Origin: Parcubacteria group bacterium
Lineage (GTDB): Bacteria > Patescibacteriota > Minisyncoccia > Moranbacterales > UBA2206
Reading direction: 5' to 3'
Assembly: GCA_041674205.1 (NCBI GenBank)
Contig: JBAYWF010000003.1
Coordinates: 47,221 to 111,220 of the forward strand
Length of the DNA: 64,000 nucleotides
Shown: piece by piece, positions 31,258 through 39,708 of the stretch
Layout: every line of letters begins with the position of its first letter
Numbering within the stretch: the first letter of the stretch is position 1
Position numbers and translations under genes: made by a program
Notes under the pieces: generated by a model
The model's input: only the letters and a program-made list of their open reading frames with translations
The model's database searches: none
What the model was told of the DNA's origin: nothing

Positions 31258-31695
31258 TTAGTTGTTAGCATTTGCCAGATAATCGCCTATGATTATTTTA
31301 TGATCAAACGCAAGTTCGTCCGGCAAGCCATCCAGCGGAAACCATTCGTATCCAAGGGCGTCATCACCGGCTTTTGGACTGCCTGAAATTGTCACAGCAT
31401 ATGCCATATCTATGACTTGTTTGGGATGCCTATTCGGTTTGCCGTAAACCCCGATAAGCTTGATCGACTCGACTGCGACGCCTAATTCCTCTTTGACTTC
31501 CCTTATGACGGATTCCTCCGTCGATTCATCCCATTCCACATATCCGCCAGGCAAAGCCCAAAAACCTTTGAACGGATTCGCGCCTCTCTTGATAAATAAA
31601 ATCCTATCATCTTTTATGATGACCGCGTCAATCGAAACGCCTCGATTGTTGAAGCGACCGCATTCAGGACATTGTTCATCGTTTGATAATTCCAT
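31258..31695 (-). CDS. NUDIX hydrolase
   Basis: CxxC; WALPGG…REVKEELG; LAFDH. Confidence 0.9.
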   Translation of the reverse strand: MELSNDEQCPECGRFNNRGVSIDAVIIKDDRILFIKRGANPFKGFWALPGGYVEWDESTEESVIREVKEELGVAVESIKLIGVYGKPNRHPKQVIDMAYAVTISGSPKAGDDALGYEWFPLDGLPDELAFDHKIIIGDYLANANN

Positions 31696-31726
31696 TTTGT
31701 TTAAATAAAAATTATAGATTCGCAGA

Positions 31727-31987
31727 TCACAGAAACCAGTAATTGATGATGCCGAACGTGGTTATAATGGTAAAAATAATCGTCGTAATCAAAATCCCGA
31801 TTTGCCCGGCTTGTTTCCAGGCCTTCCATGATGAATATAGCCAAAACGGCTGGGCAAGCAAATTCATTATTAATCCATATTCCGGAAATTTTAACGAAGT
31901 CGCTATTTGCGCGCCGATAGTCAATCCGGGAAGGGCGAATTGGGCGACCTTATTGAATAATTTTCCTTTTGTTGCCGCTTCGTTCAT
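31727..31987 (-). CDS. Small membrane protein (cassette-like)
   Basis: QPFW motif, 3 TM; start moved to MNEAAT because the upstream sequence is an att half-site. Confidence 0.6.
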   Translation of the reverse strand: MNEAATKGKLFNKVAQFALPGLTIGAQIATSLKFPEYGLIMNLLAQPFWLYSSWKAWKQAGQIGILITTIIFTIITTFGIINYWFL

Positions 31988-32006
31988 AAAATTTTTTAAA
32001 AATATT

Positions 32007-32128
32007 TTGTCTGACGCATCTGCATATCTGAAGTTTAATCCCGACTTTATCACCCAAATCTTAACATGATTAGGGACGCTTGTTAATAGACTGATTTGGA
32101 ATATTCACCAGGCTACGGGATTAAATTC
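32007..32128 (-). repeat. Degenerate attC-like half-site (R' side plus hairpin 1)
   Basis: ttgtctgac-gcat-ctgcatatctg-aagttt matches the family consensus; aagtttaatcccg…cgggattaaatt hairpin. Confidence 0.6.
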
Positions 32129-32157
32129 AGGTGGAGCCATTAAGAATTTTAGCTTTT

Positions 32158-32570
32158 TTATATTTCGTTTTCTATGTTTCTAAAATAATTTTTTGCCTCC
32201 AACAATGATAAATTTTCTACCATATTTGATTTATTGACCCATTTAGCTTTAACGATGTCTTTAGCCGTAGGATGGATATGTTCTTGCTCGGATTTGAAAA
32301 GAAACATATAAGTATCGATAATGACCGGATTATCGTTAGCTGCTCGTCTCTTGTAGTTGGGCAATGTTTTTATCAAGGTCAGCTTTTTAATTCCTGCTTC
32401 TTCATAAATTTCCCGTTTCGCCGCATCAATGATATCTTCACCTTTTTCAATGCCTCCTTTTGGAAATCCCAAGCATCAACATCTTTCATTAAAACTAAAA
32501 CGACTTGATTTTTATTATTTACAACTATTCCTCCAGCACTATCAATTATTTTATAGTCGGTTTCATTCAT
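32158..32570 (-). pseudogene. Frameshifted NUDIX hydrolase
   Basis: SAGGIVVN…DAW joins GFPKGG…REIYEEAG by a 1-nt loss near 32469 (could also be a sequencing error). Confidence 0.8.
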
Positions 32571-32583
32571 AGAGATTGATAAA

Positions 32584-32688
32584 AATTTGGGTGAAAGAAA
32601 TTTATCCTCTTGATTATTATTTCCCGAAAGCGAAAAAAAGTTTAGATCAAGATGGATTCCTATAACCGCGTATACAGGTGTTATGCGC
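32584..32688 (-). repeat. attC-like half-site (R'' side)
   Basis: aatttggg…aaccgcgtatacagg-t-gttatgcgc-tgt. Confidence 0.6.
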
Positions 32689-32707
32689 TGTCGTAATTTT
32701 TTTCGTG

Positions 32708-33157
32708 TTAAAGCAGCCCCTCATTGATTAACTGGAATGATGATTTGCCGGTATGCTTTTTCGTAATCACCTCGCCTGGGTTTTTCAAAATGTCTTTTAT
32801 ACGATCGACTTGTTTTGGTGAAGTATTGCGTGGGATGTCCTTAAAGGCAAAATATTTTATTTTATCAGCCTCTGGATTCAGAACGATTTCTCCGCCGATG
32901 ACTTTGCAGATGTATTGGAACACAATCTCATCCTTATCTGGCTTGCTGTATACGCCTGTTAGCCGCTCAACAACCGTGTTGAATCCAGTCTCTTCTTTTA
33001 CCTCTCGAACGACGCATTCCCAAGGTGTCTCACCATGTTCAAGGGTGCCTCCGGGGAGATTCCACAAATCGCAATCAGTCCTATGGCAAAATAAAATACG
33101 GTTTTCATCGTCGAATATAGCCGCGAATACGCCAATTGTGAAAGTCGGTTTGGACAT
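32708..33157 (-). CDS. NUDIX hydrolase (cassette)
   Basis: WNLPGG…REVKEETG; flanked by tcgtaattttt/aaaaattacga inverted repeat. Confidence 0.9.
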   Translation of the reverse strand: MSKPTFTIGVFAAIFDDENRILFCHRTDCDLWNLPGGTLEHGETPWECVVREVKEETGFNTVVERLTGVYSKPDKDEIVFQYICKVIGGEIVLNPEADKIKYFAFKDIPRNTSPKQVDRIKDILKNPGEVITKKHTGKSSFQLINEGLL

Positions 33158-33183
33158 TGTTTATTAGATAAAAAATTACGATC

Positions 33184-33345
33184 ACATACAACGTATGCGC
33201 ATCATCCGAAGTTGCACCATGGATTATTGATTAAATTTGTTAATATCGCTTTACTTGATTATATCACTAAACTTGCCATTTCGTCAGCGCAATTTGAGAG
33301 AAGAAATTTTGCACTCCTTGAAATATAATTACGCAAAATTCCTGA
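33184..33345 (-). repeat. attC-like site, R'' lost; near copy of 39496-39682
   Basis: Shares tttgttaatatcgctttacttgattatatcactaaacttgcc with the 39.5-kb site. Confidence 0.75.
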
Positions 33346-33403
33346 CTCGTCGTAACTATCATTAAATCGAAATCTGGACGTAGCCTAATAAGCTGTTTTG
33401 TAA

Positions 33404-34024
33404 CTATTTATTTTTGGCGATTAAAAAAATAATTCCCGTGTTTACATATTCTTGTATGGGATTTTCTTCAAGGACAAAATCCAGTATCTCAAATTTATGC
33501 TCAGAAAGCATGTCTTTTATTTCTTTTTCGCAGTAGTAAGAATAGAATTTTTTTGCGTTATCATATCTGTCGTCCGTGATTACTTTTTCGCCACTGCCTT
33601 TTTTTAAATTTATATATAATACGCCACTGGCTTTAAGCACCCTTTTCATTTCCTTCAGTGCTTTTAAGGCATCAACTTTATTCAGATGCAATAATGTGGC
33701 GCTGCACCAGACGCCATCGAACGATTTGTTCTTAAAATTTAAATCTAACATATTCATCACATGGAACTTGGCATCTGGGACGGATGATCGGGCTTTATCG
33801 ATCATTTTTTGAGAAAGGTCGATTCCAGTCGTAACGTATTTGTTAGAAGCAAAAAAATCCGTATCGCGACCAAAGGCGCAACCGATATCCAAAACGCTTC
33901 CATTTTTAGGCAGATACGAAATGAATTTGTCGAGCCAATCTTTGTTTTGCAAGTTCGTCGTGTTTTTAATGTATTCGTCGACATTTTGATCGTAGAAATT
34001 AATAGTATTTTTAATATAATCCAT
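33404..34024 (-). CDS. Class I SAM-dependent methyltransferase (cassette)
   Basis: VLDIGCAFG, GIDLS, FDGVW..ATLLH. Confidence 0.9.
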   Translation of the reverse strand: MDYIKNTINFYDQNVDEYIKNTTNLQNKDWLDKFISYLPKNGSVLDIGCAFGRDTDFFASNKYVTTGIDLSQKMIDKARSSVPDAKFHVMNMLDLNFKNKSFDGVWCSATLLHLNKVDALKALKEMKRVLKASGVLYINLKKGSGEKVITDDRYDNAKKFYSYYCEKEIKDMLSEHKFEILDFVLEENPIQEYVNTGIIFLIAKNK

Positions 34025-34051
34025 AGATAATTACAAAAAGTTTATTGAGCG

Positions 34052-34076
34052 GAACCAGATATGCGGCGTTATGCGA
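34052..34076 (-). repeat. attC-like half-site (R'' only)
   Basis: gaaccagatatgcgg-c-gttatgcga-tgt. Confidence 0.65.
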
Positions 34077-34141
34077 TGTGGCAAAAGCCGACTCCGATAA
34101 GAAAAAATTGGAAGATTGATTAAAAGTCGGGCTCTCTCTTC

Positions 34142-34269
34142 AAGTTTTTGCTACTTCTTTATTATATATCAACAGAAGAAAAGGGCAAAAATTCGGGTAA
34201 AAAATGAAATTCAAGTCCAGAAAATACAAGAGGGAATTTCATTTTTTCCTCATATTCGGTGTTGTGCGA
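34142..34269 (-). repeat. attC-like site, R' lost
   Basis: aagtttttgc…gcaaaaatt-cggg-hairpin-ctcatattcgg-t-gttgtgcga-tgt. Confidence 0.7.
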
Positions 34270-34393
34270 TGTAAATTTTTTATCTCAATATTTATTGAAC
34301 TAAACTCTGTTTTATTACTAAGAAAATTTGATTTTTGTTTTGGATTTTGGGCAGATGGGTCAGGGGTGAATGCCCAAAATTCAAAACTCCTTA

Positions 34394-35026
34394 TTAAGTT
34401 TTGTTCATCAATCTCAATATTTCCTTTGGGTTATTTGCCACCCTTGTATTACCAACCATACTTTTATCAAGTCCCCAGCCATAATCTACTAATATAATAT
34501 TATCATCATTTATACCAGCTTTTTTTGAAACTTCGTAATCAATAGCTCTATCGCCTATGGATACGATTTCATCTGATGAATAGTTATTCTCTTGTATCAA
34601 ACCTATCATCATATCGCTCTTGCGGGTTTTTTGGTCTGCTCCGCAATAAATTTTTTCGAATAAAATTGTTAGGCCAAATTTTTCTATTTTAGGCAGAATT
34701 TCATTACTATGGGAAGCAGACACCAGATATAATTTATATTTTGTAGCAAGCTCCTTTATCACATTTTCTATATCCTCAAAAACACCATGCTCCATTTTGA
34801 CAATTTCTCTTAAATAAATAGAATTGGCTTCTTCAAAATCTTTCTCTTGGATGCCTAAATTTTTCAAACACTCTTTGTAATTATAGCCATAAACAACCCT
34901 AAATTCTTCCAATGTTTTTGGGCAAGAAACTTTGAAGCGCCTACAAATCATTTTATAAACTTCAAAGACGCTCACAAAAGAGTCTATTATCACACCGTCA
35001 TAATCAAATATAATCGCTTTTATCAT
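34394..35026 (-). CDS. HAD-family phosphatase (cassette)
   Basis: IIFDYDG, K, IGDR..D. Confidence 0.9.
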   Translation of the reverse strand: MIKAIIFDYDGVIIDSFVSVFEVYKMICRRFKVSCPKTLEEFRVVYGYNYKECLKNLGIQEKDFEEANSIYLREIVKMEHGVFEDIENVIKELATKYKLYLVSASHSNEILPKIEKFGLTILFEKIYCGADQKTRKSDMMIGLIQENNYSSDEIVSIGDRAIDYEVSKKAGINDDNIILVDYGWGLDKSMVGNTRVANNPKEILRLMNKT

Positions 35027-35166
35027 AAAAAATACAAATTAAATAGTTTACGTAGCCTCAGCGGAGAAAACACCTTTTCCCCCTCTATAAATAAATTAAA
35101 AATCAAATTTTCTGTCCTTAATTAAATCACAAATCTAAAAATTACCACCAAGATAAAAAAATTATT

Positions 35167-35245
35167 TCGCCGAACGTTTCGCAATATCCGACGTTCGCCT
35201 TAGCGAATGTGGCTTTAGCCCTTGCGGATATTGAGTGTTAGCTGA
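35167..35245 (-). repeat. Intact attC-like site (79 bp)
   Basis: tcgccgAAC-gttt-cgcaatatccg…cggatattgag-t-GTTagctga. Confidence 0.85.
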
Positions 35246-35329
35246 TGTATTAAAAATTCTTTTCGCTTTTGTCGTTAGACAAAAGATTTAATTGGGGCAA
35301 ATTTATTTTTTTAATCCTTCCGCTGTGTT

Positions 35330-36157
35330 TTATTTCTTTACAATTCCCAACAACTGCTTAACAATTTTAGCGTTACCTGCAACATAATCTCCTTCATAAA
35401 CATCGCATTCTTTTCCGTCTAAATTAGTCATTATCGCACCGGCTTCAGCGGCAATAAGGCTGCCGGCTGCAACATCCCATGGTTTTTGTTTCAATCTGAT
35501 TAAACCGTCAATTCGACCGCATGCCAAATAACAAAACTCGGCAGCCATTCCACCTTTTCCAAATGTTTCATCAACAATGTGGGTGCTGTCGTAAAATCCA
35601 AAATATTTAACATTGGGAATTGAATTCATTATTCTTTTATCAAGTCCACCAATTTCATCATCTTCACTTCCAGGATAAGTTGAGTAAGTTATAATTGCTT
35701 TTGATAAATCATAGGCTTTGCTTGTGTGTATAGGTTCATTGTTTAAGGTTGCGCCCTTTCCTTTCTCAGCAACAAACATTTCATCTGTTTTTGGTAAATA
35801 GATGACTCCCAAAATAATTTCGCCTTTATATTCTAGCCCAATGGACACCGAAAAAGTATTTCGCTTAGCAATGTAGTTATTTGTACCATCAATTGGATCA
35901 ATAATCCATTTATATTCTGAAATTAACACACTTTTACCTAGTTCTTCACCTAAAAAAGCATGCTTGGGAAAAGATACTTTAATTATTTCAACAATTTTTT
36001 GTTCTGATGCTCTGTCTATTTTTGTTGTCGGATTAGCATGTACGTCATATTGAATTTCGTCAGATTTTACATTGTCAATATTTTCCATCAAAAATCTTCC
36101 AGCTTCTTTGGCTGCTTTTATTGCGGTTTGTCTGAGATTGTTTTCGTTGTTTGTCAT
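35330..36157 (-). CDS. Inositol monophosphatase family protein (cassette)
   Basis: GEE, WIIDPIDGTNNY, PWDVAAG. Confidence 0.92.
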   Translation of the reverse strand: MTNNENNLRQTAIKAAKEAGRFLMENIDNVKSDEIQYDVHANPTTKIDRASEQKIVEIIKVSFPKHAFLGEELGKSVLISEYKWIIDPIDGTNNYIAKRNTFSVSIGLEYKGEIILGVIYLPKTDEMFVAEKGKGATLNNEPIHTSKAYDLSKAIITYSTYPGSEDDEIGGLDKRIMNSIPNVKYFGFYDSTHIVDETFGKGGMAAEFCYLACGRIDGLIRLKQKPWDVAAGSLIAAEAGAIMTNLDGKECDVYEGDYVAGNAKIVKQLLGIVKK

Positions 36158-36228
36158 GGCCTTGGATTAAAAAAATAAATTTGCCTAGATTGAATGCCCG
36201 CTAAGGCCGAAAATAATTTTTTAATATT

Positions 36229-36357
36229 TCAGCTAACGTATCCAAATATCTGAAGTTTGCTGGAGTGTAACGAAAGCAAATTTGGGAGAGAAAATTTTTC
36301 TTACCTTTGAAATTTAAAAGTGAAAAATTTTTGAACCAGATATTTGGTGTTGTCTGA
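36229..36357 (-). repeat. Intact attC-like site (129 bp)
   Basis: tcagctAAC-gtat-ccaaatatctg…cagatatttgg-t-GTTgtctga, perfect 11-bp stem. Confidence 0.88.
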
Positions 36358-36386
36358 TGTTTTGTCTGCCGTCGTTTTTAAAATCA

Positions 36387-36833
36387 CTAAGCCGCCCAGC
36401 CGAACTCGCCATAATGCACATTCTTGTTAATATTCTCTAGGGCAAGTTTTACTTCTGGTAAAATGTTGTTCGGAAGACCGTCCATATTATACCATTTAAG
36501 CTCGTCACATTTATCAAGTTCCATATTGGTAATATTACCAGCCCATTTTTCAGTACGAAGATAAATATCAAAATATTCGCGATCAGATGCTAATCGATGC
36601 ATAACATGAACCACCTCGAGGTCTTCCGGACTTACCTTAATCCCAGCTTCTTCACTGGCTTCTCGGATAATGCATTGTTTCGTTGTTTCACCACCATCAA
36701 GATGTCCTGCCACCAAGCTATAATTGCCGTCTTGATAGCCAGTGTTGAAGCGTCTGAGAAGTAAAACTTGCCCGTCCTTAATCAGCACAAGGTAGGCGGC
36801 GACGTATGGTTTAAATCTTTCTTTATCAGACAT
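36387..36833 (-). CDS. NUDIX hydrolase (cassette)
   Basis: RRFNTGYQDG…AGH…REASEEAG, EldKCD. Confidence 0.9.
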   Translation of the reverse strand: MSDKERFKPYVAAYLVLIKDGQVLLLRRFNTGYQDGNYSLVAGHLDGGETTKQCIIREASEEAGIKVSPEDLEVVHVMHRLASDREYFDIYLRTEKWAGNITNMELDKCDELKWYNMDGLPNNILPEVKLALENINKNVHYGEFGWAA

Positions 36834-36868
36834 AGTAATGTTGGATTATTAATTAGGCTGACAAAATT

Positions 36869-37095
36869 TCAGATAACGATTAAGAATATCTGAAGTCCTG
36901 CGCTTTTGCTTCTATGCACAAAATCTTAAATATTCCTGACATTTTGTTAATTTTATTATACCCCAAATTACAGCAAAACTGAAAAGCGCGGGATCTGCCT
37001 GCCTGCCTGCCGGTAGGCAGGGGAGAGAAAAATCTATCCCCCTTTTAGTTTTAATTGTGGTAAATTTTTAGAACCTCATATTTGGTGTTCTGCGA
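36869..37095 (-). repeat. Long attC-like site (227 bp), imperfect stem
   Basis: tcagatAAC-gatt-aagaatatctg…ctcatatttgg-t-GTTctgcga. Confidence 0.75.
37002..37021. repeat. Short palindromic REP-like element
   Basis: cctgcctgccggtaggcagg, 20-bp palindrome with one mismatch. Confidence 0.7.
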
Positions 37096-37102
37096 TGTTT
37101 AA

Positions 37103-37624
37103 TTAAGCGGCTTTTAACAACCGCAACATTTTTGTAGGCCATTCAGTATTGCCCCGTTCTATTTCTTCGTGGAAAAATTTTATCATGAGCTGTTTTGGCT
37201 CGTCGGAAAAATCACAATGCTCAATTTCAGGCCAAACTTCTTTATACCACAATCCAATATTGTCATGGCGTAAATTGCACGCACCGCCGTTTGGATCGCG
37301 TTCAATAAACAAAATCCGATTTATATGGTTAGTGACTGAAGCACCAAGACACTGGATGCAAGGCTCAAGCGTACTGTAAAGAGAAATAGCCTTACCATGC
37401 TTCCAAGCTTCACTCAAAAGCTGACTATTTTTTATTATCAAACTATTTTCAGCATGATTGACGAAGGATTTTTGTTTATTGATTTCGTTGCCAGCAGTGT
37501 CAACGATTTTTTCATCAATAGCCAAAACAGCACCCACGGGATAATTGCCAGCCTTGTAAGTTTCACGGGCAATACTGATGGCCGCCTCAAAACATTGTTT
37601 ATCAAATAGACTTAATTCTTTCAT
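37103..37624 (-). CDS. Zn-dependent nucleoside/nucleotide deaminase (TadA/CDA-like; cassette)
   Basis: PVGAV, HAE, LEPCIQC. Confidence 0.9.
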   Translation of the reverse strand: MKELSLFDKQCFEAAISIARETYKAGNYPVGAVLAIDEKIVDTAGNEINKQKSFVNHAENSLIIKNSQLLSEAWKHGKAISLYSTLEPCIQCLGASVTNHINRILFIERDPNGGACNLRHDNIGLWYKEVWPEIEHCDFSDEPKQLMIKFFHEEIERGNTEWPTKMLRLLKAA

Positions 37625-37645
37625 GAGATGTAGCTTAATTCAATT

Positions 37646-37680
37646 TCACTTAACGTTTAGGAATATCAGAAGTTTTTGGC
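37646..37680 (-). repeat. attC-like half-site (R' side)
   Basis: tcacttAAC-gttt-aggaatatcag-aagttt. Confidence 0.7.
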
Positions 37681-37691
37681 TCTCTTTATTA

Positions 37692-38297
37692 TTATTTGGG
37701 ACACTTTTCGTAGAATACCTTAAAACTTTTTTCTTCGCCATATTTCGTACTCATGCCATTGAGCAATTTTTGAAGGTCTATATCGAAAAATTTTCTATGC
37801 GAATAAGCAGGGTCGCCAAGCGTAACAACAACATTTTTATTTTTTACAGTGACAGAATCTACCACGCAGCTATGGCCATAATTGACCCCGCTTCCAGGTT
37901 TAGCGTAAGCAGCCATGTTAAACGAAACAATAATGTCATTACCAGCTTTTAAGTTTTCGCATAGAAAATTTTTTATGTCGCCTATCTTCGAAGGGTAATG
38001 ACGCTCAACAGCCAGAGATATTTTATGCTTCTTCAAAAATTGCGGTATTTTATAGACCCACGTGCCATAGCCAAGTCTGTCTTGCGGCAGTTTTCCCGCA
38101 ACTTTCATTTTTATATTGAACAATCGTTGATCTTCTGGGGCAATAACAACGCCCAAATCTTTGGCCATTTCATCCTGCGAAATCAAATTCAACCCGCGGC
38201 GCAACATTACCCATTGAATACAGCAAGGCAAGCAACAATATTTTTGCTGGGTAAGCGGGATATAACTTGGCATTATGCGGACTTTATTTGTTGTCAT
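37692..38297 (-). CDS. Peptidase C39-like (papain fold) protein (ex-cassette)
   Basis: Q-x3-CC…GH…DP catalytic pattern. Confidence 0.6.
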   Translation of the reverse strand: MTTNKVRIMPSYIPLTQQKYCCLPCCIQWVMLRRGLNLISQDEMAKDLGVVIAPEDQRLFNIKMKVAGKLPQDRLGYGTWVYKIPQFLKKHKISLAVERHYPSKIGDIKNFLCENLKAGNDIIVSFNMAAYAKPGSGVNYGHSCVVDSVTVKNKNVVVTLGDPAYSHRKFFDIDLQKLLNGMSTKYGEEKSFKVFYEKCPK

Positions 38298-38394
38298 AAA
38301 ATTCCCTGGATAATAATTTCAAAATCTGAAGCGTGCAGCATTTTAATGGGACGTAGTGGGATCAGATTACCATATCCTGCGATACAAGCCTATT

Positions 38395-38799
38395 TTAACT
38401 CTCAACTTCTCGCAGGAACTCTTTTAGAGGTTCTACTATGTCGGTCAAATCGACATATTCAATGATTTTATCAGCGACCCCCTTGGCAGTGTCCCGAAGC
38501 TGGACCCCTTTATTGATTATTATGATGATCTTTTTGCCGGCACCAAAGGCGATTCCCGCCTCAAGAGCCCGTCCGGTAGATGAGGTTGATAGGTCGATCA
38601 ATAAAGCATCGCACTCAAGGACTTCTTCCTTGGCGCGATCCATCAATTCCCGTGGATCATAAAACATCTTTTGATAATTTTCAACGTCACGGATAAAACA
38701 AAAGTCATCGAACCCGGCTTCTTTTACCAAGTTGCACAAGTTTTCTATTTCGGATTTATTTTCACCCTCTTTGAAGGGGGCGGTGATAAAAATTTTCAT
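38395..38799 (-). CDS. Nucleoside 2-deoxyribosyltransferase / N-glycosidase-like (cassette)
   Basis: KIFITAPF…CDALLID…STGRALEAGIA. Confidence 0.8.
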   Translation of the reverse strand: MKIFITAPFKEGENKSEIENLCNLVKEAGFDDFCFIRDVENYQKMFYDPRELMDRAKEEVLECDALLIDLSTSSTGRALEAGIAFGAGKKIIIIINKGVQLRDTAKGVADKIIEYVDLTDIVEPLKEFLREVES

Positions 38800-38826
38800 A
38801 GCGAGAGAGTTAAAAATAGACTTATT

Positions 38827-38917
38827 TCACATAACGTTTCTCGATATCCGACGTTTCAATGAAGTGAAACGAATTGAAATGTGGCTTTAGTCCTCGCGGA
38901 TATTGAGTGTTAGATGA
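38827..38917 (-). repeat. Intact attC-like site (91 bp)
   Basis: tcacatAAC-gttt-ctcgatatccg…cggatattgag-t-GTTagatga; the upstream gene's TAA stop lies in the TAAC core. Confidence 0.88.
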
Positions 38918-39461
38918 TGTTTTTGTGTGACACTATTCCACTTAGATATAATAACAATGGCATCAGAGAAGTGCCATCACTAATCTCATTATTAGCGATC
39001 AGTTCTTTTACTTCACTTAATGAAAGCCAATGGATTTCCTTGACTTCGTCTGTGTCGATTTCGGCCTGCTCGCCAGTTTCAACATTACCTAAAATTATGT
39101 GAACATTTTGATTCGACATTCCGTTCGAAGGATTGTAAGAGTAAAGAAGTTTTAATGCCCTCGCTTTAAAACCAACTTCCTCCATTACTTCTCGTTCAGC
39201 GGCTAATAAAATATCTTCACCATTTTCAACGCCACCAGCAGGCAATTCCCATTCAATCTTTTGCGTGGTATAGCGCAAAGACTTGATAAAACAAATTTCG
39301 CTTTTGGCGTTTAGCAATAATACGGCTATTGACTCCTTCGGGTAATCAAGTTGATGATATTTTTCTATAATTTTTCCAGAAGGCATTAAAACTTTGTCGA
39401 TATATAGATTTATCCATTGGCTTTCATAGATTGGTTTTCGATCTAATCGTTTTGGTAGCAT
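38910..39461 (-). CDS. NUDIX hydrolase, ADP-ribose pyrophosphatase-like (cassette)
   Basis: WELPAGG…AAEREVMEEVG. Confidence 0.9.
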   Translation of the reverse strand: MLPKRLDRKPIYESQWINLYIDKVLMPSGKIIEKYHQLDYPKESIAVLLLNAKSEICFIKSLRYTTQKIEWELPAGGVENGEDILLAAEREVMEEVGFKARALKLLYSYNPSNGMSNQNVHIILGNVETGEQAEIDTDEVKEIHWLSLSEVKELIANNEISDGTSLMPLLLYLSGIVSHKNII

Positions 39462-39495
39462 ATATTTATAATTTAGAGAGTGTCGCACAAAAATT

Positions 39496-39682
39496 TCATC
39501 TAACGTATCGGCACATGCGAAGTTGCGCCGTGGATTAATTGATTATTTTGTTAATATCGCTTTACTTGATTATATCACTAAACTTGCCGTTTCGTCAGCG
39601 CAATTTGGGTTAAAAAAAATTTGCATTCCTTATAAAATCTAATTGCGCAAATTTTTTGAACCGCATGTGCCGTGTTATCGGA
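39496..39682 (-). repeat. Intact long attC-like site (187 bp)
   Basis: tcatctAAC-gtat-cggcacatgcg…cgcatgtgccg-t-GTTatcgga, perfect 11-bp stem. Confidence 0.88.
39569..39598 (-). promoter_or_regulatory. sigma70 promoter inside an attC-like loop
   Basis: CTGACG-N18-TATAAT with TGa extension; conserved copy at 33258-33287. Confidence 0.65.
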
Positions 39683-39708
39683 TGTAAAATTTTTTTAATT
39701 CACTTTTA

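Noticed and set aside
33184-34076. Methyltransferase gene nested inside the loop of a single att site (the two half-sites can pair)
   Set aside because: The gene has its own relic inverted repeat (aataagctgttttgtaactattt / agataattacaaaaagtttatt), so it is better explained as a cassette that lost its adjacent arms
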